DNA of 63,820 nucleotides, counting the filler, from Myxococcota bacterium (GTDB lineage: Bacteria; Myxococcota_C; UBA6777), in NCBI GenBank assembly GCA_023150835.1. It is 4 parts of 4 records of this genome, joined end to end, with 100 filler letters (N's around TTAATTAATTAA, not from the genome) between each part and the next. Parts side by side here need not be neighbours in the genome. Positions count along the whole stretch, not along the records: positions 19,125 to 37,686 come from JAKLKB010000135.1; positions 37,787 to 56,144 come from JAKLKB010000136.1; 2 more parts are not named here. One strand, given 5' to 3'. The notes under the pieces were generated by a model. That model was not told the DNA's origin, did no database searches, and saw nothing but the letters and a program-made list of their open reading frames with translations. Both the position numbers and the translations under genes were made by a program. Shown piece by piece: positions 29,523 through 38,464 of the stretch (position 1 is its first letter; each line of letters opens with the position of its first letter).

Positions 29523-30980
29523 ATGCACCCAACCCAACAACGTCCCCCCCGCGCCCTTTTGGTGGGCGTCCAACGTCCCCAAGTCACCGATCTACAGCAT
29601 GCTTCTTCCATGACTGAATTGAGACGGCTCGTGGAAACCCTCGGCTTTGAAGTGGTGGCCTCGACCTCTCAAAAGCGCGCAAAGTTGTGCGCAGCCACCA
29701 TCGTCGGCGAAGGAAAGCTTGAGCAGATCAAGCAACACATCCAGTACCTGCGCGCCCATCCCGATGCCAACGGGGAGTGGGAAGAGGGCGACAGCAACGA
29801 GCCAGACGAACATACGCAAGCGATCCTCGAAGATGAAGTCTCCGAAAAGACCGAAGAGATCGCAGAGATCGAAGAGATCGCAGAGATCGCAGAGAACCAA
29901 GAGACCGAAGAGAACGAAGAGATCGCAGAAGAACTCCCCGAGGCCGATGCTTCGGTGGTGTTGATCTTCAACAATGAGCTCACTCCTACACAGATGCGGA
30001 ATCTGTACCGAGCAACCGAAGCCGAAGTCCTCGATCGTACGGGCGTGATCATCGAGATCTTTTCACGCCATGCCCGCAGTCGTGAAGCCCGCTTGCAAGT
30101 CGAGATCGCACGTTTGACCTACAACGCACCGCGTTTGCGTTTGACCCAAGGCACCACCGACCGACAAGGCGGTGGGATCGGGGCCAAGGGGTCAGGGGAA
30201 ACCTCGCACGAGTTGGATCGTCGTCGGATCCGCGATCGGATCGCAGAACTCCAACGGCAACTCAAGACCATCGCCCAAGACGAAGACAACCGACGCACCA
30301 GACGCCAAGATGCCCAAACCGTCGCCTTGGTGGGCTATACCAACGCAGGTAAGTCTTCATTGATGCGCGCCCTCACAGGCAGCGAGATGTATGTTGCCGA
30401 CAAACTCTTCGCAACGCTCGATACAACGGTGCGTGTGATGCAGCCCGAAACCACACCGCGTATCTTGGTGGCTGATACGGTGGGCTTTATCAAGCAGCTT
30501 CCGCATGATCTGGTGGCCTCTTTCCGCTCGACACTCGAAGAAGCCCGATTTGCTGGGCTGGTACTGCATCTCGTCGATGCTTCCGACCCGAATTTCCAAG
30601 AACAACTCAACGTGACGCACTCTGTTCTTTCGGAGATCGGAGCCCATCAAGCCCGTCTGTTGGTGCTTAACAAGCGCGACCGTTTGACCGAAGAGGCCCA
30701 ATCGATCCTGCAAAGCGGTTATCCTGAAGCGATCTTGATATCGGCCCACAACCCCGCAGATGTCGAGCGGTTGAAAGAGCGCATCCGTACGCACTTTGAA
30801 GGCGCAATGGCCGAAGAAGTCTTCCATATCCCCTACCGCAAAAGCAACCTACTCAACACCATCCACACCCAAACCCACGTCCTCGAAACAGGCTACGATG
30901 AAAAAGGCTCCGTCCTCCGCGTCCGCGCCCCCCTCCAAGCCATCGAACGCATCCACGAACTGCTCGAAGATCTCCAATAA
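29523..30980 (+). CDS. hflX: Ribosome rescue GTPase HflX
   Basis: VLDRTGVIIEIF..HARSREARLQVEIA, GYTNAGKSSL, LFATLDTT, DTVGFI, NKRD. Confidence 0.95.
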   Translation: MHPTQQRPPRALLVGVQRPQVTDLQHASSMTELRRLVETLGFEVVASTSQKRAKLCAATIVGEGKLEQIKQHIQYLRAHPDANGEWEEGDSNEPDEHTQAILEDEVSEKTEEIAEIEEIAEIAENQETEENEEIAEELPEADASVVLIFNNELTPTQMRNLYRATEAEVLDRTGVIIEIFSRHARSREARLQVEIARLTYNAPRLRLTQGTTDRQGGGIGAKGSGETSHELDRRRIRDRIAELQRQLKTIAQDEDNRRTRRQDAQTVALVGYTNAGKSSLMRALTGSEMYVADKLFATLDTTVRVMQPETTPRILVADTVGFIKQLPHDLVASFRSTLEEARFAGLVLHLVDASDPNFQEQLNVTHSVLSEIGAHQARLLVLNKRDRLTEEAQSILQSGYPEAILISAHNPADVERLKERIRTHFEGAMAEEVFHIPYRKSNLLNTIHTQTHVLETGYDEKGSVLRVRAPLQAIERIHELLEDLQ

Positions 30981-31093
30981 TACGAGATCCGCTCGTTGTG
31001 TGAGCGTAAAAATGTAGGGGCAGACAGGTGTGGTTGCCCAATCACAGGGTGTCTCCGCGCCCATCTTCGATAACACATCTCGCGGATATCGTA

Positions 31094-34000
31094 TTAGCGA
31101 AGGCGGCGGATCACGGCGTTGTTGTAATCGGTAAAGAGAAGATCGCCGTTGGGGGCCAAGATCAGGCAGATGGGATAGTTGAGGAAGGCGTTCACGCCGA
31201 TACCATCGCGGAATCCTGCGCGAGAATCTCCGCCTACAGAGGTGACATTGCCCGTTGTATCGAGTTTTCGGAGGCGGTTGTTGGTGCGCTCGCCGATAAA
31301 CAAGTTTCCGTTGGCATCAAAGGCAAGGCCCACCGGATCTTGGAATCGTGCGGTGGCTGCGGGTCCATCGAGCAGTCCAGCCGTTCCGCTGCCTGCGACG
31401 GTCGTCACTTGGGCGAAGTTGGTCACACCCAAGTTGACCATGCGGATACGGTCGTTGTACTGGTCCGCAACGTAGAGGTTCCCGTTGGGGCCGATGGCAA
31501 GAGCGCGTGGATAATAAAATCGTGCCCCTGTTCCGATACCATCAAGGAAACCGTAAGTTGTCCCTGCGAGGGTAGAGACGACACCGGCAGCGGTGATCAT
31601 GCGGATGCGGTGGTTGTTGCTATCGCAGACGTAGAGGTTCCCAACGCTGTCGAAGAGCAGATGCGTCACACTTGAACTAAAGCGTGCGTTGGTCAGCGAG
31701 CCGTCTGTGACCCCCGAAGACGTTCCGCCCGCAAAGGTCGTCATATCGCCGTTGGCATCGATCTTTCGGATGCGATAGTTGCCGGAGTCGGCGATGAAAA
31801 GGTTGCCGCTGGCATCAAAGACAAGGGCTGTGGGGGAGTTGAGTCGGGCTTGGAGGCGCGGTCCATCAAAGAATCCAGCAGCGCTTGTTCCTGCAAAAGT
31901 TGTCACGTTGCCAGTCATCGCATCAACGCGGCGGATCACGTGGTTGCCTGTGTCGGCGATGTACAGGTTGCCGCTGCTGTCATAGGCCATGCCTTGCGGA
32001 TTATTGAATCGAGCAAGTGTGCTGCTTCCGTTGGTGAAACCTCGGAAGAAGCCGCGCCCGGCGTAGGTCGTCACGTTGGCTTGAAGGTCGATCTTTCGGA
32101 TGCGATGATTTTCGCTATCCGCGACATACAAAAAGCCGCTGCTGTCGGACTTGATGCTAAAGGGGCCGCTGAATCGAGCGGCGGTGCCGTTGCCATCGAT
32201 GAAGTCGCTTGTGGAGGTCGATCCGCCTGCGTACAGGATCACGTCGTAGGTGGTACCGTTGAGGTGGATGCGGCGGATCGAGTTGTAGCGTTCGTCTGCG
32301 ACGTAGAGATAGCCTGCGGAGGTTATGGCCACATCGTAAGGATAATAAAAGCGTGCGGAACTACCGATGCCATTGGTGTTTCCAGCAGTCCCTATCCCTG
32401 CAATCGTTGTCACGTTGCCGGTAGTGTCGATACGACGGATGCGGTGGTTGTTGGTGTCGGCAACATAGACATCGCCGTTGCTGGCGACGACAAGACCACG
32501 AGGATAGTTGAATTGCGCGGTGGCAGCAGGGCCATCCAAAAAGCCGGCGATGCTTGTTCCCGCATAAGTTGTCACGTTGCCGAGCGTATCGACTTTTCGG
32601 ATGGCGTTGTTTCCGTATTCGGCGATGTAAAGGTTGCCTTGGGTATCTGTGGCAAGGCCGTGAGGATTGCGTAAACGTGCGGTGGTGAGGGCGTCTCCGT
32701 TGACATAACCGATCGTTCCTGTGCCGGCATAAGTGGTCACGTTGCCGGTGGTGTCGATTTTTCGGATACGGTGGTTGTTGTAATCGGCGACAAAGACGTT
32801 GCCAAACGCATCCACCGCGATCCCTGTGGGGGCGTTAAAAGAGGCGGTGTGTGCGGGTCCGTTGAGCATGCCCGCGATGCCGTTTCCTGCGATAGTCGTG
32901 ACATTGCCGTTGGTATCGATTTTTCGGATGCGGTGGTTGTTGTAATCGGCGACAAAGACGTTGCCAGCGGCATCGACGGCCACAGCATAAGGGGTATAGA
33001 AGTTGGCGATGCTACCGCCTCCATCACGCAGTTGTGGGGTTCCGACGATCGTATCCATCACGTTGCCGCTGGCGCATTGGCCTTGGAAGCAATGCGTGGT
33101 GGGGGAACAACCATTTCCGCAGCTCCCGCAGTTTTTGTCGTCTTGGAGGGTGTCTGTGCAAGCGGTCCCGCAAACAGTCTTTCCGACGGGGCATTCGCAG
33201 ACGCCGCTTTCGCAGGATTGCGAGGCAAGACAGGCATTTCCGCAAGAACCGCAATTGTTTTTGTCTGTTGTGGTGTTCGAGCACACGCCGTTGCAACGGG
33301 TGGTTCCGACGGGACAGGTACATTGTCCTGTTTGGCAGAACTGACCGCCACCACAGAGATTTCCGCATTGTCCGCAGTGAGCGGGATTGGTTTGGGTGTC
33401 GACGCAGACGTTGCTACAAGCGGTGAGAGGGGCGTTGCAGCCGCACGTTCCAGCGAGGCACAGCAGGTTGTTGGCGCAAACATTCCCGCATGATCCGCAG
33501 TGGCTTTTGTTGGTTTGGCCGTCGACGCAAGTCGCGCTGCAATAGAGGAGGTTGTTGGGGCAGAGGCATTGACCGCCTTGGCAGGTGCGACCATTGGTGC
33601 AGATCGTCCCGCAGCCACCGCAATTGTTGTTGTCCGTTTGGTAATCGCGGCACTGGTTGGCGCAGAAGTTTTGACCTGTGGGGCAGGTGCAAGCCCCTGT
33701 TTGGCAGATGCGACCGCCTGTACAAGCGTTGTTGCAACCGCCGCAATGGTCTTTATCGGTTTGGTAGTCACGGCATTGTGCGTTGCAGAAGTCTTGTCCT
33801 GTGGGGCAGTTACACACGCGGTTTTGGCAGACACGGCCTCCCGTACAGGCATTTCCACAAGTGCCGCAGTGGCTGTTGTTTTGGATGATATCGACGCATT
33901 GGTTGCCGCAAAAGCCTTCGCCTTGGGGGCAGACACATTGTCCATTTTGGCAGGATTGGCCCGTACCGCAGGCGTTTGCACACGCTCCGCAGTTCGCAAC

Positions 34001-35887
34001 GTTGATTTGCAGATCGAGGCATTGGCCATTGCAGAAGGTTTGGCCTTGGGTGCAGCGGCATTGCCCGTTTTGGCAGAATTGGCCGCCAGTACAGGCGTTT
34101 GAACACGCTCCGCAGTTGGCGACATCGGATTGTCCGTCAACACAGCGACTGTTGCAAAAGAGCAGACCATCGGGGCATTTGCACGCGCCTTTTTCACAGG
34201 CTTGTCCGAGTGGGCAGGCGGTGCCGCATTGTCCGCAGTGTAAGCGATTGAGCTGGAGGTCGGTGCAACGGCCATCACAGCGCACCAACGGCGATGGGCA
34301 GACGCAAGCCGCCGCTTGACAAGACTCTCCCGGGCTACAAGCGGATCCGCACTTTCCGCAATGAAGCTCGTTGGTTTGGGTGTCGATGCAACCGCCAAAA
34401 CACGCGCTTGGGGTGCTTGGGGGACATGCGCTGATACAAGTTCCTTGGGAGCAGTATTGGCCTTGTGGGCAGAGATTCCCGCAGTTTCCGCAGTTTGCCG
34501 CATCGGCTTGGACATCAATGCAGCGTTTGTTGCATTCGAGCTGCCCTGTGGGGCATTTGCAGATCGCGTTGTCGCAAAGCTGCCCGTCGGGACAGGCTTG
34601 GCCGCATCCGCCGCAGTGTAGGCTGCTTTCGTTGGTGTTAAAGCATCCACCAAGACAAGTTGTGGGGGTTCGAGCGGGACACGACAGCACACAAGCACCG
34701 TCGTTGCAACGCTGTCCTGCGGGGCAAGCTTGGCCACATCCACCGCAGTGAGCGCCGTTGCTTTGGGTATCGATGCAGCTTCCGTTGCAATCGGTCAGTC
34801 CGGGGGCGCATTGGCACTTGCCTTGACGACAGATCGCGCCGATCCCGCACTTGTTTCCGCACGATCCGCAGTGTGCAACATCGTTGTCAAGCAGCGCACA
34901 ATAAGTATCGCAGAAGGCGTAGCCTTGGGGACAAGGGTTGATACACGCACCGCTTCGGCAAGTTTCGCCGCTGGGACAGGTGGTTCCGCACTTTCCGCAG
35001 TGTTTGGGATCGGTTTGGGGGTTGGCGCAAGTACCGCTACAAGGGATCTCGCCTTGGGGGCAGTTGAGTTGGCAGGTCTTGGCAACACAGACTTCGCCGT
35101 TTGCACAGGCTTTGTCGCATCCACCGCAATGTTGGGGACTCGTTTGGATATCGACGCAAGAGGTTCCACAGCGGGTTTCGCCAGCTTTGCAGGGTTGGAC
35201 GCAAGCCCCTTTTTCGCAAGCGTCTCCTTGGGGACAGAGTTTGTCGCAAGCCCCACAGTGCGAGGTGTTGGTTTGGGTATCGACACACGAAGTTCCGCAA
35301 ATTGTTTCTGTGGAGCCGCAACCGGCCTTGCATACGCCCGCTTGGCAAGATTCGTTGGCTGTGCAAGCTTTGCCGCAGCCGCCACAGTGAGCCGAGTTGG
35401 TTTGAGTGTTGACACAAGTCCCGTTGCAATCGGTCTCATCTGCTTTACAAGTGGGCGTGACTTTCTTTTTGCAAGCACCGGCCTCGCAGGATTCATCGGA
35501 GGCGCAGGCTTTTGCGCAAGCGCCACAATGGGCGGGGCTGGTTTTGGTATTGACGCAAGTCCCGCTACAATCGGTCTCATCAGCTTTGCAAGTGGGCGTG
35601 ACCTTTTTTTTGCAAGCACCGGCCTCACAAGATTCGTCGGAGGCGCAGGCTTTTGCGCACACGCCACAATGGGCGGGACTGGTTTGGGTATCGACGCAGG
35701 CTTCGCCACAAGTGAGCTTGGGAGGGGGGCAGACACAGGCTCCTGCCTGACAGGTTTTTCCCGATGTACAGGGCTTGCTATCGCTGCAAGCCTCGGGCGG
35801 TGAGGTCGGTTCGCAAGCGATCAAGATCACGGGCAGCCACAAAAAGGCGAAGAGACGCATCAGCAAGTTTCGAGGTGCGCAATACAT
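31094..35887 (-). CDS. Large lipoprotein with ~20 Cys-rich (C.DTQT...HCG.CG..C) repeats and C-terminal NHL-repeat propellers
   Basis: Lipobox LIAC; myxobacterial Stigma1/MXAN_6577-like Cys repeats; NHL repeats (F..P.G.A.D..GN.YVAD..NHRIRKID). Confidence 0.88.
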   Translation of the reverse strand: MYCAPRNLLMRLFAFLWLPVILIACEPTSPPEACSDSKPCTSGKTCQAGACVCPPPKLTCGEACVDTQTSPAHCGVCAKACASDESCEAGACKKKVTPTCKADETDCSGTCVNTKTSPAHCGACAKACASDESCEAGACKKKVTPTCKADETDCNGTCVNTQTNSAHCGGCGKACTANESCQAGVCKAGCGSTETICGTSCVDTQTNTSHCGACDKLCPQGDACEKGACVQPCKAGETRCGTSCVDIQTSPQHCGGCDKACANGEVCVAKTCQLNCPQGEIPCSGTCANPQTDPKHCGKCGTTCPSGETCRSGACINPCPQGYAFCDTYCALLDNDVAHCGSCGNKCGIGAICRQGKCQCAPGLTDCNGSCIDTQSNGAHCGGCGQACPAGQRCNDGACVLSCPARTPTTCLGGCFNTNESSLHCGGCGQACPDGQLCDNAICKCPTGQLECNKRCIDVQADAANCGNCGNLCPQGQYCSQGTCISACPPSTPSACFGGCIDTQTNELHCGKCGSACSPGESCQAAACVCPSPLVRCDGRCTDLQLNRLHCGQCGTACPLGQACEKGACKCPDGLLFCNSRCVDGQSDVANCGACSNACTGGQFCQNGQCRCTQGQTFCNGQCLDLQINVANCGACANACGTGQSCQNGQCVCPQGEGFCGNQCVDIIQNNSHCGTCGNACTGGRVCQNRVCNCPTGQDFCNAQCRDYQTDKDHCGGCNNACTGGRICQTGACTCPTGQNFCANQCRDYQTDNNNCGGCGTICTNGRTCQGGQCLCPNNLLYCSATCVDGQTNKSHCGSCGNVCANNLLCLAGTCGCNAPLTACSNVCVDTQTNPAHCGQCGNLCGGGQFCQTGQCTCPVGTTRCNGVCSNTTTDKNNCGSCGNACLASQSCESGVCECPVGKTVCGTACTDTLQDDKNCGSCGNGCSPTTHCFQGQCASGNVMDTIVGTPQLRDGGGSIANFYTPYAVAVDAAGNVFVADYNNHRIRKIDTNGNVTTIAGNGIAGMLNGPAHTASFNAPTGIAVDAFGNVFVADYNNHRIRKIDTTGNVTTYAGTGTIGYVNGDALTTARLRNPHGLATDTQGNLYIAEYGNNAIRKVDTLGNVTTYAGTSIAGFLDGPAATAQFNYPRGLVVASNGDVYVADTNNHRIRRIDTTGNVTTIAGIGTAGNTNGIGSSARFYYPYDVAITSAGYLYVADERYNSIRRIHLNGTTYDVILYAGGSTSTSDFIDGNGTAARFSGPFSIKSDSSGFLYVADSENHRIRKIDLQANVTTYAGRGFFRGFTNGSSTLARFNNPQGMAYDSSGNLYIADTGNHVIRRVDAMTGNVTTFAGTSAAGFFDGPRLQARLNSPTALVFDASGNLFIADSGNYRIRKIDANGDMTTFAGGTSSGVTDGSLTNARFSSSVTHLLFDSVGNLYVCDSNNHRIRMITAAGVVSTLAGTTYGFLDGIGTGARFYYPRALAIGPNGNLYVADQYNDRIRMVNLGVTNFAQVTTVAGSGTAGLLDGPAATARFQDPVGLAFDANGNLFIGERTNNRLRKLDTTGNVTSVGGDSRAGFRDGIGVNAFLNYPICLILAPNGDLLFTDYNNAVIRRLR

Positions 35888-36030
35888 TTGAATCTCTCCC
35901 AAAATGAGTACAAAACAAGGGACGACGCAAGGATGGTGTGCCTTGTAAGAAAGAGAGAGGAACCTCTCGAAAGCACAACAGATTCAGCATCGAAGAGGAA
36001 GGCTTGTCGTGTCAAGGTGGAGGATGTTTC

Positions 36031-37347
36031 ATGTCAAGCGATCGAGGTAGCCAAGGAATTTGGGATATCGGGCTTGGGGAGAGTCCCGTGGAGATCAACT
36101 TTTTCTGGCTGCGCCGTTTGCGGTGGGCGGTGTTTTGGGGACAAGTGGGGTTGGTCGTCAGCGTGTATGGTTGGATGGGGGCGTCGCTACCGCTGCATGG
36201 CTTGTGGATCGTGTTGTGGGGAGCGTTTTGCTCGAATCTTGCGCTGCGATGGTGGAGTCGTCCCTCCGAGGCTTGGTTGATCGGATGGATGGGCGGCACG
36301 ATTGCTTTGGATACGGTCGGATTGACGGTGCTGTTGGCGCTGACGGGGGGACCGACCAATCCGTTTAGTTTCTTTTATTTGGTGTATGTGGTGTTGGCGA
36401 TCTTGATCTTGCCGCAGCGTTGGGGGTGGTTGCTCGCGGTGGGCGCGTTGCTGTGTTACGGCGCGCTGTTTTGGGGATGGGAGGGGGCGCACGCCCATCA
36501 TCTCCATAGTCCCCTGCACATGAAGATGCACCTCGAAGGGATGTGGTTGGCGTATGCGATCACTTCGGGATTTGTGGCGTGGTTTGTCTCGCGCACCAAG
36601 TGGGCGCTGACTCGACAAGCCGCGAAGATCCGCTCTCTTCAATCGCTCCATGCTCGCAACGAAAAGCTCGCTGCTTTGGCGGCTTTGGCGGGTGGTGCAA
36701 TGCACGAGATGGCCACGCCTCTTTCCACGATCGCCCTCGTCGCAAAAGAGCTTCAATACACTCTACAGCACCCCACGCAAGACGCCGATCTATCGAATGA
36801 AACACGCACACTTTTAATCGAAGATACTTTGTTGATCCGCCAACAAGTCGAACTCTGCCATCGGATATTGCGGGAGTTGGTACACCAAGCAGGAGACAGC
36901 CTCGGAGAAGCCCATCAGTCCGTTCATTTGGTCGATCTCTTTGCAATGGCTTGTCAAGAGGTCGACGGCAAAGAGCGCATCGAACAAGAGGTGTCCGAAG
37001 AGGCCAAACGGCGGATACTCTCTGTTCCGTTGCAGGCGATGACTCGGGTGTTACGCGGGATCTTACGCAATGCGATCGATGCCTCCGATGCAGCGGGGCG
37101 GATCGTGCTTTCTGCGCGATGCCTATCTGGGATGATCGAGATCGCTGTCCGCGATCAGGGCTGTGGGATGCGACCCGAAGTCGCCGCACAGGTCGGCGAA
37201 CCCTTCTTTACCACCAAACCCGCAGGACAAGGACACGGACTGGGCTTGTTTTTGGCACGCACCGTCGTCGAACACCTCGGTGGGAAGATGCTTTTCGAGA
37301 CAACTCTCGGAAAAGGAACCTCTGTTTTTTTGCAACTTCCGCTCTAA
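36031..37347 (+). CDS. RegB/PrrB/ActS-like sensor histidine kinase
   Basis: WLRRLRW.., TGGPTNPF in the TM region, H-box HEMATPLSTI, NAIDA, DQGCGM, EPFFTTK, GLGLFL. Confidence 0.88.
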   Translation: MSSDRGSQGIWDIGLGESPVEINFFWLRRLRWAVFWGQVGLVVSVYGWMGASLPLHGLWIVLWGAFCSNLALRWWSRPSEAWLIGWMGGTIALDTVGLTVLLALTGGPTNPFSFFYLVYVVLAILILPQRWGWLLAVGALLCYGALFWGWEGAHAHHLHSPLHMKMHLEGMWLAYAITSGFVAWFVSRTKWALTRQAAKIRSLQSLHARNEKLAALAALAGGAMHEMATPLSTIALVAKELQYTLQHPTQDADLSNETRTLLIEDTLLIRQQVELCHRILRELVHQAGDSLGEAHQSVHLVDLFAMACQEVDGKERIEQEVSEEAKRRILSVPLQAMTRVLRGILRNAIDASDAAGRIVLSARCLSGMIEIAVRDQGCGMRPEVAAQVGEPFFTTKPAGQGHGLGLFLARTVVEHLGGKMLFETTLGKGTSVFLQLPL

Positions 37348-37417
37348 GACAAGGAAGAGTCCACGGAAAACACGGAAAACACGGAAAGAAGGCAGAAAGA
37401 GAAGAGTCCACGAGGCC

Positions 37418-37686
37418 GTGTTGTTTAGAGGAGCGGTGGTGTTGTTTAGAGGAGCGGTGGTGTTGTTTTAGAGGAGAGGTGGCGTTGTTTTAGAGGAGAG
37501 GTGGCGTTGTTTAGAGGAGTGGCAGTGTTGTTTAGAGGAGTGGCAGTGTTGTTTTAGAGGAGAGGTGGTGTTGTTTTAGAGGAGCGGTGGTGTTGTTTAG
37601 AGGAGCGGTGGTGTTGTTTTAGAGGAGAGGTGGTGTTGTTTAGAGGAGAGGCAGTGTTGTTTAGAGGAGAGGTGGTGTTGTTTTAG
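37418..37686. repeat. 21-22 bp tandem repeat (GTGTTGTTT(T)AGAGGAG(C/A/T)GGTG), ~12.5 units, running into the contig end
   Basis: Directly visible; contiguous units without spacers. Confidence 0.95.
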
Positions 37687-37786
37687 NNNNNNNNNNNNNN
37701 NNNNNNNNNNNNNNNNNNNNNNNNNNNNNNTTAATTAATTAANNNNNNNNNNNNNNNNNNNNNNNNNNNNNNNNNNNNNNNNNNNN
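37687..37786. other. Artificial contig linker
   Basis: N-run with TTAATTAATTAA. Confidence 0.98.
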
Positions 37787-37802
37787 AATCACACGGTGTT
37801 TC

Positions 37803-37864
37803 GTAGGGGCAGGCCCCCGTGCCTGCCCTCGATCTGTTGCGTCGGTGACCTCTTCATCGCCATC
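37803..37864 (+). repeat. GTAG-type REP-like element, near-identical to 4-64
   Basis: GTAGGGGCAGGCCCCCGTGCCTGCCCTCG.TCTGTTGCGTCG.TGACCTCTTCATCGC. Confidence 0.7.
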
Positions 37865-37989
37865 TTTTTTGAACGAACCCGTTCTTCGGGCGCGAAAGTT
37901 GAAGAAACTTAGTGATACTTACTTATACCGCAACAAGTTTAAATTTATTGAACAACCCTCGCCCCTCTCACGTCAAAGCGCGCCAAATG

Positions 37990-38120
37990 GTTGGGGTCTG
38001 TACCCTTACCCCCAAAGTGTACAAATAGCTCAATGGCAGAGCGCTTTTTTTCAGAAAAGGATGTTGCGGGTTCGATCCCCGCTTTGTACGACCACTTTGG
38101 ACACTCGTACAGACCCCAAC
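37990..38120 (+). other. Inverted repeats enclosing the tRNA (long precursor hairpin)
   Basis: GTTGGGGTCTGTAC (37990-38003) / GTACAGACCCCAAC (38107-38120), perfect 14 bp; CCAAAGT (38012-38018) / ACTTTGG (38094-38100). Confidence 0.85.
38019..38094 (+). tRNA. Non-canonical tRNA with UCA anticodon (reads UGA); amino-acid identity unknown
   Basis: Acceptor GTACAAA/TTTGTAC, U8-A9, D arm GCTC-AATGGCA-GAGC, anticodon arm CTTTT-TT[TCA]GA-AAAGG, variable ATGTT, T arm GCGGG-TTCGATC-CCCGC, 3' G-A-CCA. Confidence 0.82.
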
Positions 38121-38237
38121 TTTTTTCTCTTCCTCCCCGATCTGCCCGACTTTCCGCAACTTGACAGCTTCCCTGACACCAAGCCAGCCATCTGATATCG
38201 CCTCACAGCTTCCCTCACGCCAAGCCAAAACCATGTT

Positions 38238-38359
38238 GAAAAAGATATGTTCGTGTTGTTCCAAGCGGTGCAGCTGCTGTTTTGAAAAACGTCTGTTCGT
38301 CCCGCCAGCACGGGGTCAAGGGGTTGCAACCCCTTGCGGGGCGTGGTACCTCGCCCCAC
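38238..38359 (+). repeat. Copy of ~120-bp double-hairpin element
   Basis: CACGGGGTCAAGGGGTTGCAACCCCTTGCGGGGCGTGG..GCCCCAC. Confidence 0.65.
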
Positions 38360-38464
38360 AAAGCACCCCAAACACCCCAAGCACCCCAGTAAGATTGAAG
38401 AAGGTGCATGACAGCGCGGGCGATCTCGTGTATGTTTTCGGCCAAACCGAAGGAGACCGCAGCG

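Noticed and set aside
33058-35803. Long alternative-frame ORFs in the Cys-rich gene
   Set aside because: Frame-shifted or antisense shadows of a repetitive CDS
37418-37686. Possible CRISPR array
   Set aside because: Units are contiguous with no unique spacers and no cas genes nearby
38019-38094. Canonical selC (tRNA-Sec) or YrlA Y RNA
   Set aside because: No long variable arm or extended D stem for tRNA-Sec; arm order is not permuted as in YrlA
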